A DNA stretch of 64,000 bases from Eledone cirrhosa (GCA_964016885.1 OZ024743.1:221030001-221094000), one strand, 5' to 3'; counted from the first letter of the stretch, positions 41,517 through 55,623 are shown. Notes: generated by a model from the letters alone, not told the origin. Made by a program: numbers and translations.

Positions 41517-41540
41517 TCATAGAAGCATGCATACTTTTAT

Positions 41541-41583
<43 letters not shown>

Positions 41584-41663
41584 CAAATAAATAAATATAT
41601 AAAATAAAAATGCCGTAGACATTACAATACATACAATACCGTACGGGGAAACACGATAATGTA

Positions 41664-41700
41664 CCACTGATGATGTTGCAGATGTGCAACGAAAGAACTT
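41664..41700 (+). ncRNA. Partial hammerhead motif (core and stem II only)
   Basis: CUGAUGA-U-GUUGCAgaugUGCAAC-GAAA. The 3' strand of stem I is not evident. Confidence 0.45.
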
Positions 41701-41704
41701 TGTT

Positions 41705-41769
<65 letters not shown>

Positions 41770-42248
41770 AAAGTTATATTTAAATTGCTGGGTTACAACT
41801 AGTAAATATTTATAACTGATATAAAAGCACTCAACAAGTATTTGGAGTATATTTACGATATTAAATAAATGGAAACTATATTTATAAAACCATATTTATT
41901 TCATTATATATATTTCAGGGATATCATATTAACAATATGTTATGCCTTCCTCAGACAAAATACAATATAGACAGTTTTATAGATAAATAGATTTGACATA
42001 CCGTTCAACATCGACTTGTATTTGAAAAAAATCAACTTTGTATTTGAAAAAAATCAACTGCCAAATCAACTTTTTCAAATACAAGTCGATGTTGAACGGT
42101 ATGTCAAATCTATTTATCTATAAAACTGTCTATATTGTATTTTGTCTGAGGAAAGCATAACATATTGTTAATATGATATCCCTGAAATATATATAATGAA
42201 ATAAATATGGTTTTATAAATATAGTTTCCATTTATTTAATATCGTATA
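41770..42248. mobile_element. Palindromic family B element; hammerhead motifs 41899-41960 (-) and 42140-42201 (+)
   Basis: Arms ~41853-42030 and 42070-42248. Core CUGAGGA..GAAA-UAUAUA-UA. Same outer ends as 11785-12233. Confidence 0.8.
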
Positions 42249-42425
42249 TATATATATATATCTGTATTTTTGATCGTTGGTCAGTCAGTGATAAACATTG
42301 ATGGCCAAATGAATTAACTATGGAGATATAAAAGATGCAGAAGCGAAAACCAACCAAGCAGTGAGTGTGTTCTGTTATTATTTCTGGCAATATTATATTA
42401 CAACAAAATGACCCTCCCCAAGTAT

Positions 42426-42465
<40 letters not shown>

Positions 42466-42469
<4 letters not shown>

Positions 42470-43198
42470 GTATATATAGAAATAAACACAGTAAATTGTG
42501 TGTCTAAAATTACGAGCGTTGAAATACCACATTGGTTTGATAAATTTAACCTGAAGCAAACGTAAGATATAGAATATATATATATACAGACCGTCTGAAT
42601 AACTATTTCATCTCTCGGACAGATTAGACACACAATTTACTGTGTTTATTTCTACATATACTATTATATAATGTTCAGTATTTATACTTTGAGCTTGTTA
42701 ATTGCAGGGTATCAATATGAGTTAGTAACCTTGTATTTTATTTGTATTTCGGCTTCCTAACTAGGTGAGCTTATAGGTTGGGTGTATTAAGGCTCTTATT
42801 TCTAGCATATCCACTCACAACACGTCTAACGTCCAACGCACGCGGTGAGATATTCATTCCTGTGGCTTGTAGTTGTATGTGTTTGTTCCATTTGATCTTA
42901 TCTCTCGCTGAGGAAAGCCTACAGATTATCTGTTACAAACACAATTTTCAGGGCGAAATAGATTAAATCTCTAATCTGTCCGAGAGATGAAATAGTTATT
43001 CAGACGGTCTGTATATATATATTCTATATCTTACGTTTGCTTCAGGTTAAATTTATCAAACCAATGTGGTATTTCAACCCTCGTAATTTTAGACACACAA
43101 TTTACTGTGTTTATTTCTATATATACTATTATATAATGCTCAGTATTTATACTTTGAGTTTGTTAATTGCAGGGTATCAATATGAGTTAGTAACTCTG

Positions 43199-43205
<7 letters not shown>
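42466..43205 (+). mobile_element. Hammerhead-bearing element, family K (~465-bp unit, direct repeat plus inverted end)
   Basis: 42625-42740 is repeated at 43089-43205. 42466-42628 is the reverse complement of 42970-43130. (TA)n on both sides. Confidence 0.8.
42900..42988 (+). ncRNA. Type I hammerhead motif
   Basis: AUCUCUCG-CUGAGGA-aaGCCU..GGGC-GAAA-UAGAUU..AAUCUG-UC-CGAGAGAU. Confidence 0.7.
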
Positions 43206-43255
<50 letters not shown>

Positions 43256-43788
43256 TATACATATACAGATATATACGTGTCTACGCTGATTGGTAGATAA
43301 AAAGAAAACAGATAGATAGAATAATATAGTTCACCTACATCGAAATAAAATTATATAGGACAGTATACACCCATAGCCGACAGTCAATTGGAAGGAATGT
43401 GAATAAAACAAGATTGTATTAGCTATAACATCAAATTGATTACATACATAAATTATAATTGTTGTACTGTAAACTACTGTATCATCGATATTCCAATATG
43501 TTCAGCAAGTGATTGAAAAGTGTCTCCATCGACAAAGAGATAACGAGAATGAGAACCTAAGAGTGACCGAAATATATGAAATTACACATATACATGTGAA
43601 AATACACAGACATACACATACACATACACATATACACACATATACACACAAATATATATTCGTGAATACCCTCCTCATATATATATATATATATACATAC
43701 ACAGATTGTATATATATATATATATAAGAGCGTGAACCTAATAAACCTTTATTTGTTTGCCTCTCTGTTTTGTTCCCGTCCAAATTTG

Positions 43789-43891
<103 letters not shown>

Positions 43892-43906
43892 TATACATAC
43901 ACACAT

Positions 43907-43939
<33 letters not shown>

Positions 43940-44012
43940 TCATATATATGCTTAAGAGAGTATTGAAGTTTGCTTGAAGCATTGTGGAATAATAAAAAAT
44001 TTTTTTGGGGGG

Positions 44013-44220
44013 GTCGTTTTGGAATGCAGATGGGTAAATCTCCGGGTAACGGAATCCGATGGTGAAGAGAGATGTAAGGAAATATAGAATGAGATGTATA
44101 GTGTGTTCCTCTACACACTATACATCTTATTCTACATTCCCTTACATCGGATCCTGTTACCACCGGATCCTGTTACCCGGAGATTTACCCATCTGCATTG
44201 TTGAGGCTTCCAAAACGACA
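44013..44220. repeat. Imperfect palindrome with no hammerhead seen
   Basis: AATGCAGATGGGTAAATCTCCGGGTAAC pairs with GTTACCCGGAGATTTACCCATCTGCATT. Axis ~44109. Confidence 0.75.
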
Positions 44221-44241
44221 AAAAATAAAATCTTATATATG

Positions 44242-44276
<35 letters not shown>

Positions 44277-44733
44277 ATGAACACATACACGTATCTGACT
44301 ATGTGAGTGGATTATATATTTGCATAAATGCGTGTGTGGTTGTACGAATATGTGCGCATATTTTCATGTATGCTCGTCCGTGTGCATGCTTGTGTGTATG
44401 CGTATGCCTCAATATTTATGAGCAAATATTATTTAGCATATGCGTATACGGATGAGTTTGTTTATTTGTCTTAATACGCATATGTGCGGCTGCTATGTTT
44501 AACTTGGCAACAACTTATATTTTTTAGCCACACTTTTCTATATTCCCGTGGCGGTTATATTGCATTAAACATTCCACTAAGAGGTCATAGTTATTTCTTC
44601 TTTATCATAGATTTTCAATAGAACACATGGCTGTGTTTGCCTGCTTACGGTGTTCAGTAACCTTCATACTGTGCCATATATGTATATGTCTATACATATG
44701 TATGTATGTATATATGTATGTACGTAAGTTTGC

Positions 44734-44767
<34 letters not shown>

Positions 44768-44769
44768 TC

Positions 44770-45024
44770 TTCTAGGAGAAGGCAACTCAGGGGACTGGGA
44801 TAACCCCGATATAAAACCTGCGGCTCAGTAGTTACCGATGATGTTGATCTTTTCTTCTTTTCGGGTTATAGCTACTGTCGCTCATAGAGTGGGATTGGCT
44901 CAGTGCACAGTCTTTCGTCACTTTAAAAAAATATCTTCACGCACAGGCATTGCACGATAGAATTAATTAATTATTATTAATCGTGCAATGGCCATACTCG
45001 ATAACGAGGGGGCAGCCATCATCA
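44770..45024 (+). mobile_element. Related RTE-derived short element with (CAT)n tail
   Basis: Shares TTCTAGGAGAAGG, GATGTTGA, GCACAGGCATTGC and TGGCC.TACTCGA.AACGAG..GGCAGCCA with 14046-14453 but lacks the C2H2 part. Confidence 0.7.
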
Positions 45025-45049
45025 TATATATATATATATATATACGTAC

Positions 45050-45239
45050 GTTATTCCGGGTTGAATCGGAGGTAACCACAGTAAGTAAGGTACTCAATAC
45101 ATTGCACAGTATAAAAGTTTTAATATAGATGAGATTCTACAGGACTAGAACTGTTTCATTCTTTAGAAATCATCAGGAATCAGATTCCTGATGATTTCTA
45201 AAGAATGAAACAGTTCTAGTCCTGTAGAATCTCATCTAT
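45050..45239. mobile_element. Palindromic family G element
   Basis: Perfect arms 45125-45181 and 45183-45239. (TA)n on both sides. Confidence 0.8.
45183..45231 (+). ncRNA. Type I hammerhead ribozyme motif (mirror copy 45133-45181, minus)
   Basis: GAUUC-CUGAUGA-UUUCuaaaGAAU-GAAA-CAGuucuagucCUG-UA-GAAUC. Confidence 0.8.
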
Positions 45240-45242
45240 CTA

Positions 45243-45294
<52 letters not shown>

Positions 45295-45477
45295 TATATT
45301 ATATTATATTATATTACATTATATTACATTATTTATGTTCATACACGGATCAAAATCGCCATCTAACGTGTCAAGGCCCAATATTGTCTATACCTCCAGA
45401 TTGAGAGAGGAGTCAAATTTGTGACCTAATCTTCAGGCATAAGACGCTTTTTCCATTTGCATACCTACAAATATTTT

Positions 45478-45508
<31 letters not shown>

Positions 45509-45947
45509 ATTTAACAAATAAAACAAATCAAACAAGGGGATGCAAAAATACAAAGTCTTATTAGGATAACGCTTAGGAGGAAGTGGAGGAAGGTTCGGTG
45601 CAACGGGCGGAAGTCCTTCGACAGGAAAATGAGATTTCAGATAGGGGAGAACAAGTAGGTACATGGAAGTTTGGAAAAGATAGGCACAGGAAAGTTTGGA
45701 AAAGATTGTTAGAAAGAGATTGTTAAATTGGTGTGGCAGACAGGTCGTCCGGCATTCGGATGTGGGGGCCTAACTGGCGGGTCCATGAGAATCATGGGTA
45801 TTATGTGTGTGCGGATGGTAGTTGTGCAATATTGCTTTAGTTTGTGTGTGTGTGTGTGTGCACGTGGATGTATCTGAGTCTTATATTGTTTGTGTGTGCA
45901 CACTGGAATGTGCCTGTGTGTGTGTATATACTTCTACCCCGTCTTGT

Positions 45948-46227
45948 ATTTTGTGTTGTGGTGTGTAAGGTACTCAATACATAAGAGTAAAGTACTCGAT
46001 ACATTAGTAGAGTGTAAACATCAAATTTAGTATAGAAATTGCTCCTACAGGCCTAGAAACTTTTCATTCGAAGGAAATCATCAACCTCTTTTATAATTTC
46101 TTTCGAATAAAACACTTGTAGTCTTGTAGAAGCCATTTCTATACTAAATTTGATATTTACACTCTAATAATGTATTGAGTACTTTACTACTAATGTATTG
46201 AGTACCTTACGCACCACAAAACAAAAT
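45948..46227. mobile_element. Older palindromic relative of family G with decayed hammerheads
   Basis: GTAAGGTACTCAATACAT / ATGTATTGAGTACCTTAC arms; axis ~46087. Confidence 0.65.
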
Positions 46228-46793
46228 TTGATATAAATGTATATATGCACACACAGAGAAGGGAAGAAAGATTTTTACGCGCGTGTGTTTGCGTGAGTGA
46301 CTCAGTGTTGTTTATGATTCGCTTTCCTTCCAAATTTCTCTTTAGAGTCTACAATGGAGGGTAAATGCGAATTTAAGAAAAAGTTACAAGTAACAACAAA
46401 CCAACAAAAACTCACTGACATATGTTGAATGTGTAACATTTACTTAATACATTCCCTTGTGAAATACAGGGAAATCTCTAACATATCTTACTTTCCCCTG
46501 ACTGCTGCTTAGCTTTCGCCTGCCACACACTCTCTCTTCTTTCAGTTTGTCGCTCTCTATGGCGCATACATATATATATATATACTTACATACATAAATA
46601 CATAATACATATATACATATATACATATATACATACATGCATACATACATACTTACAAACATATATACATGCATATATACATATATACATACATTCATAC
46701 ATACAAACACACACATACAATCATATATACATACATTTATACATATATACATACATTCATACTTTAAAATATATATATGTGCGTGTATACACG

Positions 46794-46856
<63 letters not shown>

Positions 46857-46975
46857 GGATAATTTCATCTTATATTTCTTATATTCTATTCCCTCTGTTT
46901 TTCACAAACAGAGGATTCCTATGTATTTGCATCCCAACATTTTCTATCTTTTTACTGTTGTCGCTGCTTTTGTAG

Positions 46976-47398
46976 GGCGCTGGGTTGGCAGTATCGGTAA
47001 AGGGTCGGACGTCTTGCTTTGCAGCTTAGAGTTACGGCTCTCTGTGATCTGAGTTCAAATCCCGCCGAGGTTAACTTTGCCTTTCATCCTTACGGCGTCG
47101 ATAATATAAAGTACCAGTCACCTACTGGGGTCGATTTAATCGACTTTGCCCTCCCCAAAATGACTGGCCTTGTGCATATATAAGAAACCATTATTATTTT
47201 TTTCTCGGTGGATTGGCAGTATCGGTAGAGGGTCAGACACCATGCTTTGCAAGCAAAGAGTTACGACCCTTTATTGTCTGAGTTCAAATCCCGCCGAGGT
47301 TAACTTTGCCTTTCATCCTTATGGGGTCGATAAAATAAAGTATCAGTAATACACTGGGAAAATTGCTGGCCTTGTGCCAAAAGTAGAAACAATTATTA
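46976..47398 (+). mobile_element. Two tandem SINE family A copies (46976-47198 long form; 47207-47398 short form)
   Basis: Both match 8648-8834. The first has an extra GGTCGATTTAATCGAC..CCCC segment. Confidence 0.85.
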
Positions 47399-47838
47399 TA
47401 TTTTCTCTTTTACTTACTCTTCCGAACCTACCGCCAATGATGATTTGGAGACTCAGTCAACTTTTTATTTTAAACTATTTCTACACTCTACTTATTTGTA
47501 ATGAGCACTCTCCCAGTTAATGTATTGAGTACTAACTCAATAGCTATTCATTGAAATTAGCGGACTGTTGTGTCCATGACTGAATAAAAGTAATTGAACT
47601 TGGATATAAACTGCATCCCAAGAAACTCATTCAAAATCATTCGAGATTTTATCACAACAGTTTCTGCTCTTGAAGCCATTTACTTTCCAACTTGCAGTTT
47701 TACTTCAATATTTAAACAGGCATATCCATACTAGTATTTATCTGGTGCAGATATCAATATACCGCAAAATCTCAAACGTAAATACAGATACAGACATGAA
47801 CACGCGTTCACACACATACAGAAACACACACACTCACA

Positions 47839-47910
<72 letters not shown>

Positions 47911-48115
47911 CACACACACGCCCCCCCCCCAACACACAGGATTTTAACATGTCGGTCACAATTTCATTCTCCCCAGTGGCCTTGCCATATTTGAGCCTCA
48001 GACACCCAGACACAAGAAAGTCAATAATACCATATCGACCTTCGTTCGGGATAATAAGGGACGCGTAGAGATCATATGTACAGGGGGTTGTTAGAAAAAA
48101 TAAAATCATCTCGAT

Positions 48116-48209
<94 letters not shown>

Positions 48210-48242
48210 CGTGCGAGTGTGTGTGCGCGCGTGTGTGTGGAT

Positions 48243-48312
<70 letters not shown>

Positions 48313-48988
48313 TTATATATTTATATGTATAAAAATGTCTATATTAGTCATATAATAAACGTAATATTTTCTATTTTATGTTAATATTTACAAAAACCTA
48401 GAAAATGCAATATATCCAGTAAAATGTTACAAGTTTACATCACATATATTATCATATATCACATTGATTTTTCCTCTTTTCTTTACTTCCATCTATTTTA
48501 TCTTTCAATTTTGCTTGGGCTCTTCTGTATTGTACATCTTACTAAAACTAATAGCGAGCTAGACTTTTAATGTTGCCAGGAAAAGCAAATTGGAGTAAAT
48601 GTTATTACTTCGCCGTCAGAAAGGTCACCTGCAAAGGTCAACAGCATTTTCGTGGATGGGAGCAACAAAATTGATATGTGAGTGTCTCTTACATCAGTAA
48701 GGTAGGCGGGCAACATTCCATTGTGTATGCATAGCAGCTGATAAGATGGAAGGGTAAGTTATGTAGATGGAAGGGGAGGTATAGGGAATAGTATTTAAGA
48801 GGTGTGACCTTACATTGATATGGCTTTACATTGTCTAACATCTGCACATCATAGCCGAACCGTATAGTTAAGCGTAACAGGAAGTTAGATATGATATATT
48901 AAGTTAGACAGACTGACAGATGAATAGATACATAGAATAATAGATGTAGATGAATAGATAGATAGAGAGACAGACAGACAGGCAGATT

Positions 48989-49044
<56 letters not shown>

Positions 49045-50169
49045 GATATATGGATAGATATAGTCAGTTTCTGCGATGGTTTGTGTAGTTTTAAGTATGA
49101 GCGAGTGAGTCTGTGTGTCCGCATGTGCGTAGTATGTAAATGAATGATGCATTTCGATATATACACATACATACTTACACACACACATATATATATGTGT
49201 GTGTACATATATATACATGTATATTTGTACAAGTATATACACATATCTAATATATAGGTATGTGAACATGGCAGAAATGAGAATTTCCCTGTAAATTGAA
49301 AAGAATTGATAAATATCTTTGATCAATTTTCGGCTTTGATTTTCCCCTCATTAGATGACGTGTATATAATCTAAACAACCACAGGGAAATAGGTATTTGA
49401 TGAGTATATATACACATTCGCTCTTAGTATCATTCTGAAATGGACGTAGTAATTTGTATATAATTAGCGCTTGTATTGATAATTAAGATACATAGTAAGA
49501 GCCGAAGTGTATGATATAATTATATCTGTGTAAATACAGGTTGTATAACCGAGACGTTAGCTGGAATTTGGTAGTTTTTTGTAAATATATATCAAACTAT
49601 TTAAAATGAATTGCTGCTTATAATGTAGAAGGCAAATCCACTAAACTTCTAGGTCACGCCCCTTCACTAAATAATATTATAAACACATAAACCTAAGCCT
49701 CATGTGTTTATCAGTAATTACTAAAACACGCAATAGGCTGTTTAAAATGGGGCTTAAATATCACACCAAGTTTTTTGCGATATTACAAGCTTTGCAGTGG
49801 TCTAATTGTGCTTATGTGTCTAGTTACCCTTCGACTAAGCAAAGACCCTGATAATAAACTAAGGAATTGGGCCGGCATTATACCTCATGACTGGGACCCA
49901 TCAACAGATTTTCACGGGCCTGATTATATATTTTTGACCACATAGGGAGGAGTGCAACAGATATGGAATATAGAGCCGTCCAAGCGTATCTCCAGCTCAT
50001 TAACCACGAATGTTATGTTGTTATTCATTTGCTGTGATTCACAACCGCTTAATAATCTCAACTAGGATCGCTCAACATTAATATGTTTGTCTAAGTTGGG
50101 TGACTGTCATCCCATTACTTATAGTAGCAATGTTTGGAAGATAAAAGTGGATATGTGTTTTTGTGTATG

Positions 50170-50487
50170 TGTCGACATCCGTTGGATTTGATAACGAATA
50201 TTCCAATTGTTCGATCAATAGAACAGCCCGCTCATAAAATTATTGTGTAAGTGACTGACCTTTCTCAAGAGACGCAGTATCCTTCATTGTGTTGTTAGTG
50301 GAGGTCAACGCTACAGATTGCGCGAATAGATCGTATGAATTACAGGTACAATTCGTTGTTACCAGCTGAACGGACTGGAGCAACGTGAAATAAAATGTTT
50401 TGCTCAAGGACATAACGCACCGCTGTGAATCGAAATCATTTCATTTCAATTGGGAATCGAGCACCCTAATCACTAAGCCACACGCCT
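50170..50487 (-). mobile_element. tRNA-derived SINE family B
   Basis: The minus strand begins AGGCGTGTGGCTTAGTGATTAGGGTG..CGATT. Related decayed copies at ~31780, ~37755 and ~3690. Confidence 0.6.
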
Positions 50488-50631
50488 ATTACAAAGTAAA
50501 TGTAAAAGAAAAATATCGACCGTACATGTTAAGTGTACTATAAATTATATCGATGTCTTTTTGTCAAAGTTACAGCAAGTGTGTATATGATGTGATTTGT
50601 CTTCTAAATTCCAATCACAAGGCACGAGATC

Positions 50632-50812
50632 ATAATTGTTTCTACTTTTGGCACAAGGCCAGCAATTAACCAGTGTATTACTGGTACTTTATTTTATCGA
50701 CCCCGTAGGGATGAAAGGCAAAGTTAAACTCGGCGGTATTTGAACTCAGACAATAAAGGGCCGTAACTCAATACGTCAAAGCATGGCGTCCGACCCTCTA
50801 CCGATACTGTCA
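50632..50812 (-). mobile_element. SINE family A
   Basis: Full-length reverse-complement match. Confidence 0.85.
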
Positions 50813-51126
50813 ATCTATAATGAATGACAAATGGCTAAGGTGTGGACCGCGAACCAGCATCGAGTCGTGAACCACATGTTTGCGAAGGGAGCTCCTTAAC
50901 CACACAGCTATGCGTTCACCTACTTGAAAATACGAAATATCCGACTGAGAGACGATGATTCAGAAATTTGGCATGTGGTTTACGATAGAAATATCCACAG
51001 AGTAGCGTCTAAGGTTGGTTTAGGCGGCATAACTATGTCTCACGAGTGATGTTCACAAATGAAAATGTTGGCAAGCTATCTTCTTATACTGGCATATTCA
51101 CTGAAATCGATATGCGTAAACGCGCC

Positions 51127-51179
<53 letters not shown>

Positions 51180-51322
51180 CTGTGTAGATGTATACGTTCG
51201 AGAGTGCATGTATTTGTATATATGTGTGTGCATATATTTGCAGAAAAAGGGAGAGGGAATGAGGAATGAGAGGAGAGTGATATGTCTATGTGTGCGTATG
51301 CGTATTTATGTATATCTGTGTG

Positions 51323-51355
<33 letters not shown>

Positions 51356-51588
51356 TCACACACTCACACACTCACACACATATATATATATATATATATA
51401 TACATATGCATATATATACATATATATATGAGTGCGTATTTGTGTGTATGTTTATTCCTGTATACGCATCTGATTGGTTTACCTGTGTACATGCATGTAT
51501 TTTTGAGAGGAAGTACAACTTTGATGAAAACATATAGACTCAAAATAAGAAAGGTATTATTACATGCATAAATATATATAATCATAAG

Positions 51589-51620
<32 letters not shown>

Positions 51621-51665
51621 CATAAATAAGTATATATATATATATATATACACACACACAGACAT

Positions 51666-51754
<89 letters not shown>

Positions 51755-51948
51755 AACACACACATAGCTCATCTGAGCCTATGCAATTCACAATTGGCTT
51801 CCACTGCATATATCTCTGACACAGAACCATTTTATGTGCCATTAACTTCTCGGATAGTTTTCCCTCATCGAACAAATTTGGACGTTTTTATATTGAGGAG
51901 TTATTTCCTCAAGCAGAAATATTCACTGAATCTAAAGACAAAGTTTTC

Positions 51949-51990
<42 letters not shown>

Positions 51991-52185
51991 GTGCATACAT
52001 ATATGATGTTCGTGTGTGTGTCGTATGAGAGCATACATACATACACGCACGCATACATACATACATACATACACACAAACATTCATCATACACACATACA
52101 TTCATACACGCATACGTACAAACATACATTCACAACCACACAGACACACTCACACATACACATATATATATATAATATATATATG

Positions 52186-52249
<64 letters not shown>

Positions 52250-52254
52250 TATAA

Positions 52255-52302
<48 letters not shown>

Positions 52303-52511
52303 TTATATATAACTGCTCCAAAAACAAATTCTATGAGTGTTATCTGTTACACATAGTAATACCACAAATAAAAGTCAAACAAATAAATTCACATATTTAC
52401 GTTACATTATAAGAGTTACCCGTTATATTCCCGCAACTCCCCTCCTTTTAAGTAAGCACTCTATGTTATTATGCCATCAAGACGGGTGATGTGTCTGCGT
52501 ATATGTATATG

Positions 52512-52586
<75 letters not shown>

Positions 52587-52643
52587 ATATATGTATATAT
52601 ATATATAATATAATATATGTATATATATATATATTATATACAT

Positions 52644-52685
<42 letters not shown>

Positions 52686-53079
52686 AATATACATATATAT
52701 ATATAATTATATATACATATACATACACTCCCACATTCGGCGTTTAGTTGAAGTCTCCAAATTAGTTCTATTTTCTAAATTTCTAAGTTTATATGCTAGT
52801 TAAACTATCGCACGAACCACGGACCCGTGACATGATACTGGTCCAGACCGTAGCCAACACCCATCATTTATGATAACAACTCCCTTGGCAAAGAACTGAC
52901 GGACAGTGAAATGAAGGTCATATATAAATTTATGTGTATATCTATATACATATATATATATATATATGCACACCGTTGCCAAAAGAATGTATGTTTTTAA
53001 ACCAAATCGATAAATAACTACAATACAACAAATACTCGTATGCGGTTATCTCTGTATTGTATCCATCTCTTTGTCTATC

Positions 53080-53172
<93 letters not shown>

Positions 53173-53310
53173 CTTATATGGGGCGTATATTATTTTATTT
53201 TGTTTCACTTATCATACTGGTTAAATTCATAAAATTAGCAGGAATCTAATTTTAATGGGCATGAACTGTGTATACAGATATTTTAAAGACTTTAGAACAA
53301 TTTATGTATA

Positions 53311-53342
<32 letters not shown>

Positions 53343-53464
53343 CACATGAGGATGGTGCATGTGAGGGTGTGGGTTGCGTGTGTGCGAAGACGTTTTCAAT
53401 ATTTGACAAGCAGGCGGTAACTACTACTAATAATATATTGAGAATGTATAAATATAGAGAAGAG

Positions 53465-53570
<106 letters not shown>

Positions 53571-53984
53571 TAAGATAATTTGAAAAACCTCAAAGGCCAT
53601 ATGTCCTAACCTTGAAACAACAACACTAGTGTATACATATACACACATATATGTATACAAATATGTGTGTATACACACATTTATGTATACATATTTACCT
53701 GCAGTTTGGACTATATGGTATTCGCTACATCAGCTGCTGACTTGCAATCTCAACGATTTCAAAACCGACAATGTACTTCTATCCAATAACGCCAAGCACC
53801 TTTGATGCTGCCATGAAATATCCAGGTTAGTTTAGTTCACTATGTAGCCTAGTTTTTCCTTTCGCCCTAACATGGCCGACTAACTATGCAAATGTGGGAT
53901 TTGTATCTCCATGTTTTCCCCCATATTCTCCGTTCCTTCTCTTATCACTCTTTACTTTCTATCTATCTTCTGTTTCTAACTCTA

Positions 53985-54118
53985 TCTGCCAATGAAGGAC
54001 TAGTATCCGAAACGTTAAGACTGTCTTCCTGCTATTTCATGCGTTAAACTAATATATTTCCTCCATGTACTGTACTGTTTGTTTTCTTAATTTTCTTATT
54101 TCTGTTTACATTTTACAC
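53985..54118 (+). mobile_element. Family C Penelope-like 3' end with decayed hammerhead
   Basis: ATGAAGGACTAGTATCCGAAACGTTAAGA plus downstream match to the 13750 and 26389 copies. Confidence 0.6.
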
Positions 54119-54594
54119 TACAACCAACTGGATGTTGCCGTAACCAATCCAACGCTTTTTGAATTAATATGATCAGTCCTTACTTGCTCTTTTCTCTCCT
54201 ACTCGTCTTTCTAGCAAATGCTTCTGCAATGTCCTTAATTGCCTCACGTTTAGGTTCAGGAGTGTTGATTCGGCTTCACACATACTTTTCCAATATCAGG
54301 AATTTCATCGTGAAGTTTGTTACAATTTGACTATTGCTAAACTCTACTAGAAGCAAGGTACATTGCCTAATTTCTACGACACACCAGCTCTACACCCCAA
54401 ACCTTTATACACGCTGTATGAGTGGTTGATTTAGTCTGCCTTCAGTGTGTTTATCACGCAAGACATAAAACAAGCAAGCGTGAACTCATTAAAACTTTGT
54501 GATTTTGCATCTCTATGTTTGACTTGTTTATTCTTCAACTATATATGTATATATATATATACATACACACAGACACATATATGTATATATCATG

Positions 54595-54633
<39 letters not shown>

Positions 54634-54649
54634 GTTTATGTGTGTATAC

Positions 54650-54735
<86 letters not shown>

Positions 54736-54876
54736 ATATATTTATATGTATGCACATCCATTTATTTATGTTTGTATGTGTATATATATATACATATATA
54801 TATACATATATATGTATATATATATACATATATATGTATATATATATAGTATATATGAATATGTAAAATATATACA

Positions 54877-54923
<47 letters not shown>

Positions 54924-54924
54924 G

Positions 54925-55466
54925 ATAAATCTACCAAGAGTTTACGGTAGTGTCCAATCCGTATGAAGAACTCAATGTAATCCGGATATCATGGAAAGAA
55001 GAGATGCAATGAAAAATCACTTTCGGTGAAAGATAAACGGAATACAGAGTCAAGATAAAATATTAAAAAAATAATGAATAAAACAATGAAACAGTTCCTT
55101 ATATTAAACCAAAAAAGTTCATTATTTAACGATCGTTTCTGGGATATATATGTGTTAGAATTGGCATGTATATTTAACAGATCTATGTACAAAATTATAC
55201 AAAATTATACAAACTATCAAAATTAAATACACATACCAACTCATATATATGCCGTCTTCAGAAATAATTTATTTCTGAAGACGGCATATATATGAGTTGG
55301 TATGTATATTTAATTTTAATAGTTTGTATCATTTTGTATAATTTTGTACATAGATCTGTTAAATATACATGCCAATTCTAACACATATATATCCCAGAAA
55401 CGATCGTTAAATAATGAACTTTTTTTGTTTAATATAAGGAACTGTTTCATTGTTTTATTCATTATT

Positions 55467-55475
<9 letters not shown>
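54925..55475. mobile_element. Palindromic hammerhead-bearing element, family L
   Basis: ~207-bp arms 55060-55267 and 55269-55475 with a 1-nt spacer. (TA)n on both sides. Confidence 0.8.
55269..55414 (+). ncRNA. Type I hammerhead motif with very long stem II (mirror copy 55122-55267)
   Basis: UUAUUU-CUGAAGA-[~115-nt hairpin]-GAAA-CGAUCG-UU-AAAUAA. Confidence 0.65.
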
Positions 55476-55552
<77 letters not shown>

Positions 55553-55565
55553 AAAATATATATAG

Positions 55566-55623
<58 letters not shown>

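Noticed and set aside
53700-53900. Possible GIY-YIG remnant upstream of the family C hammerhead
   Set aside because: Too decayed to assign motifs by eye.
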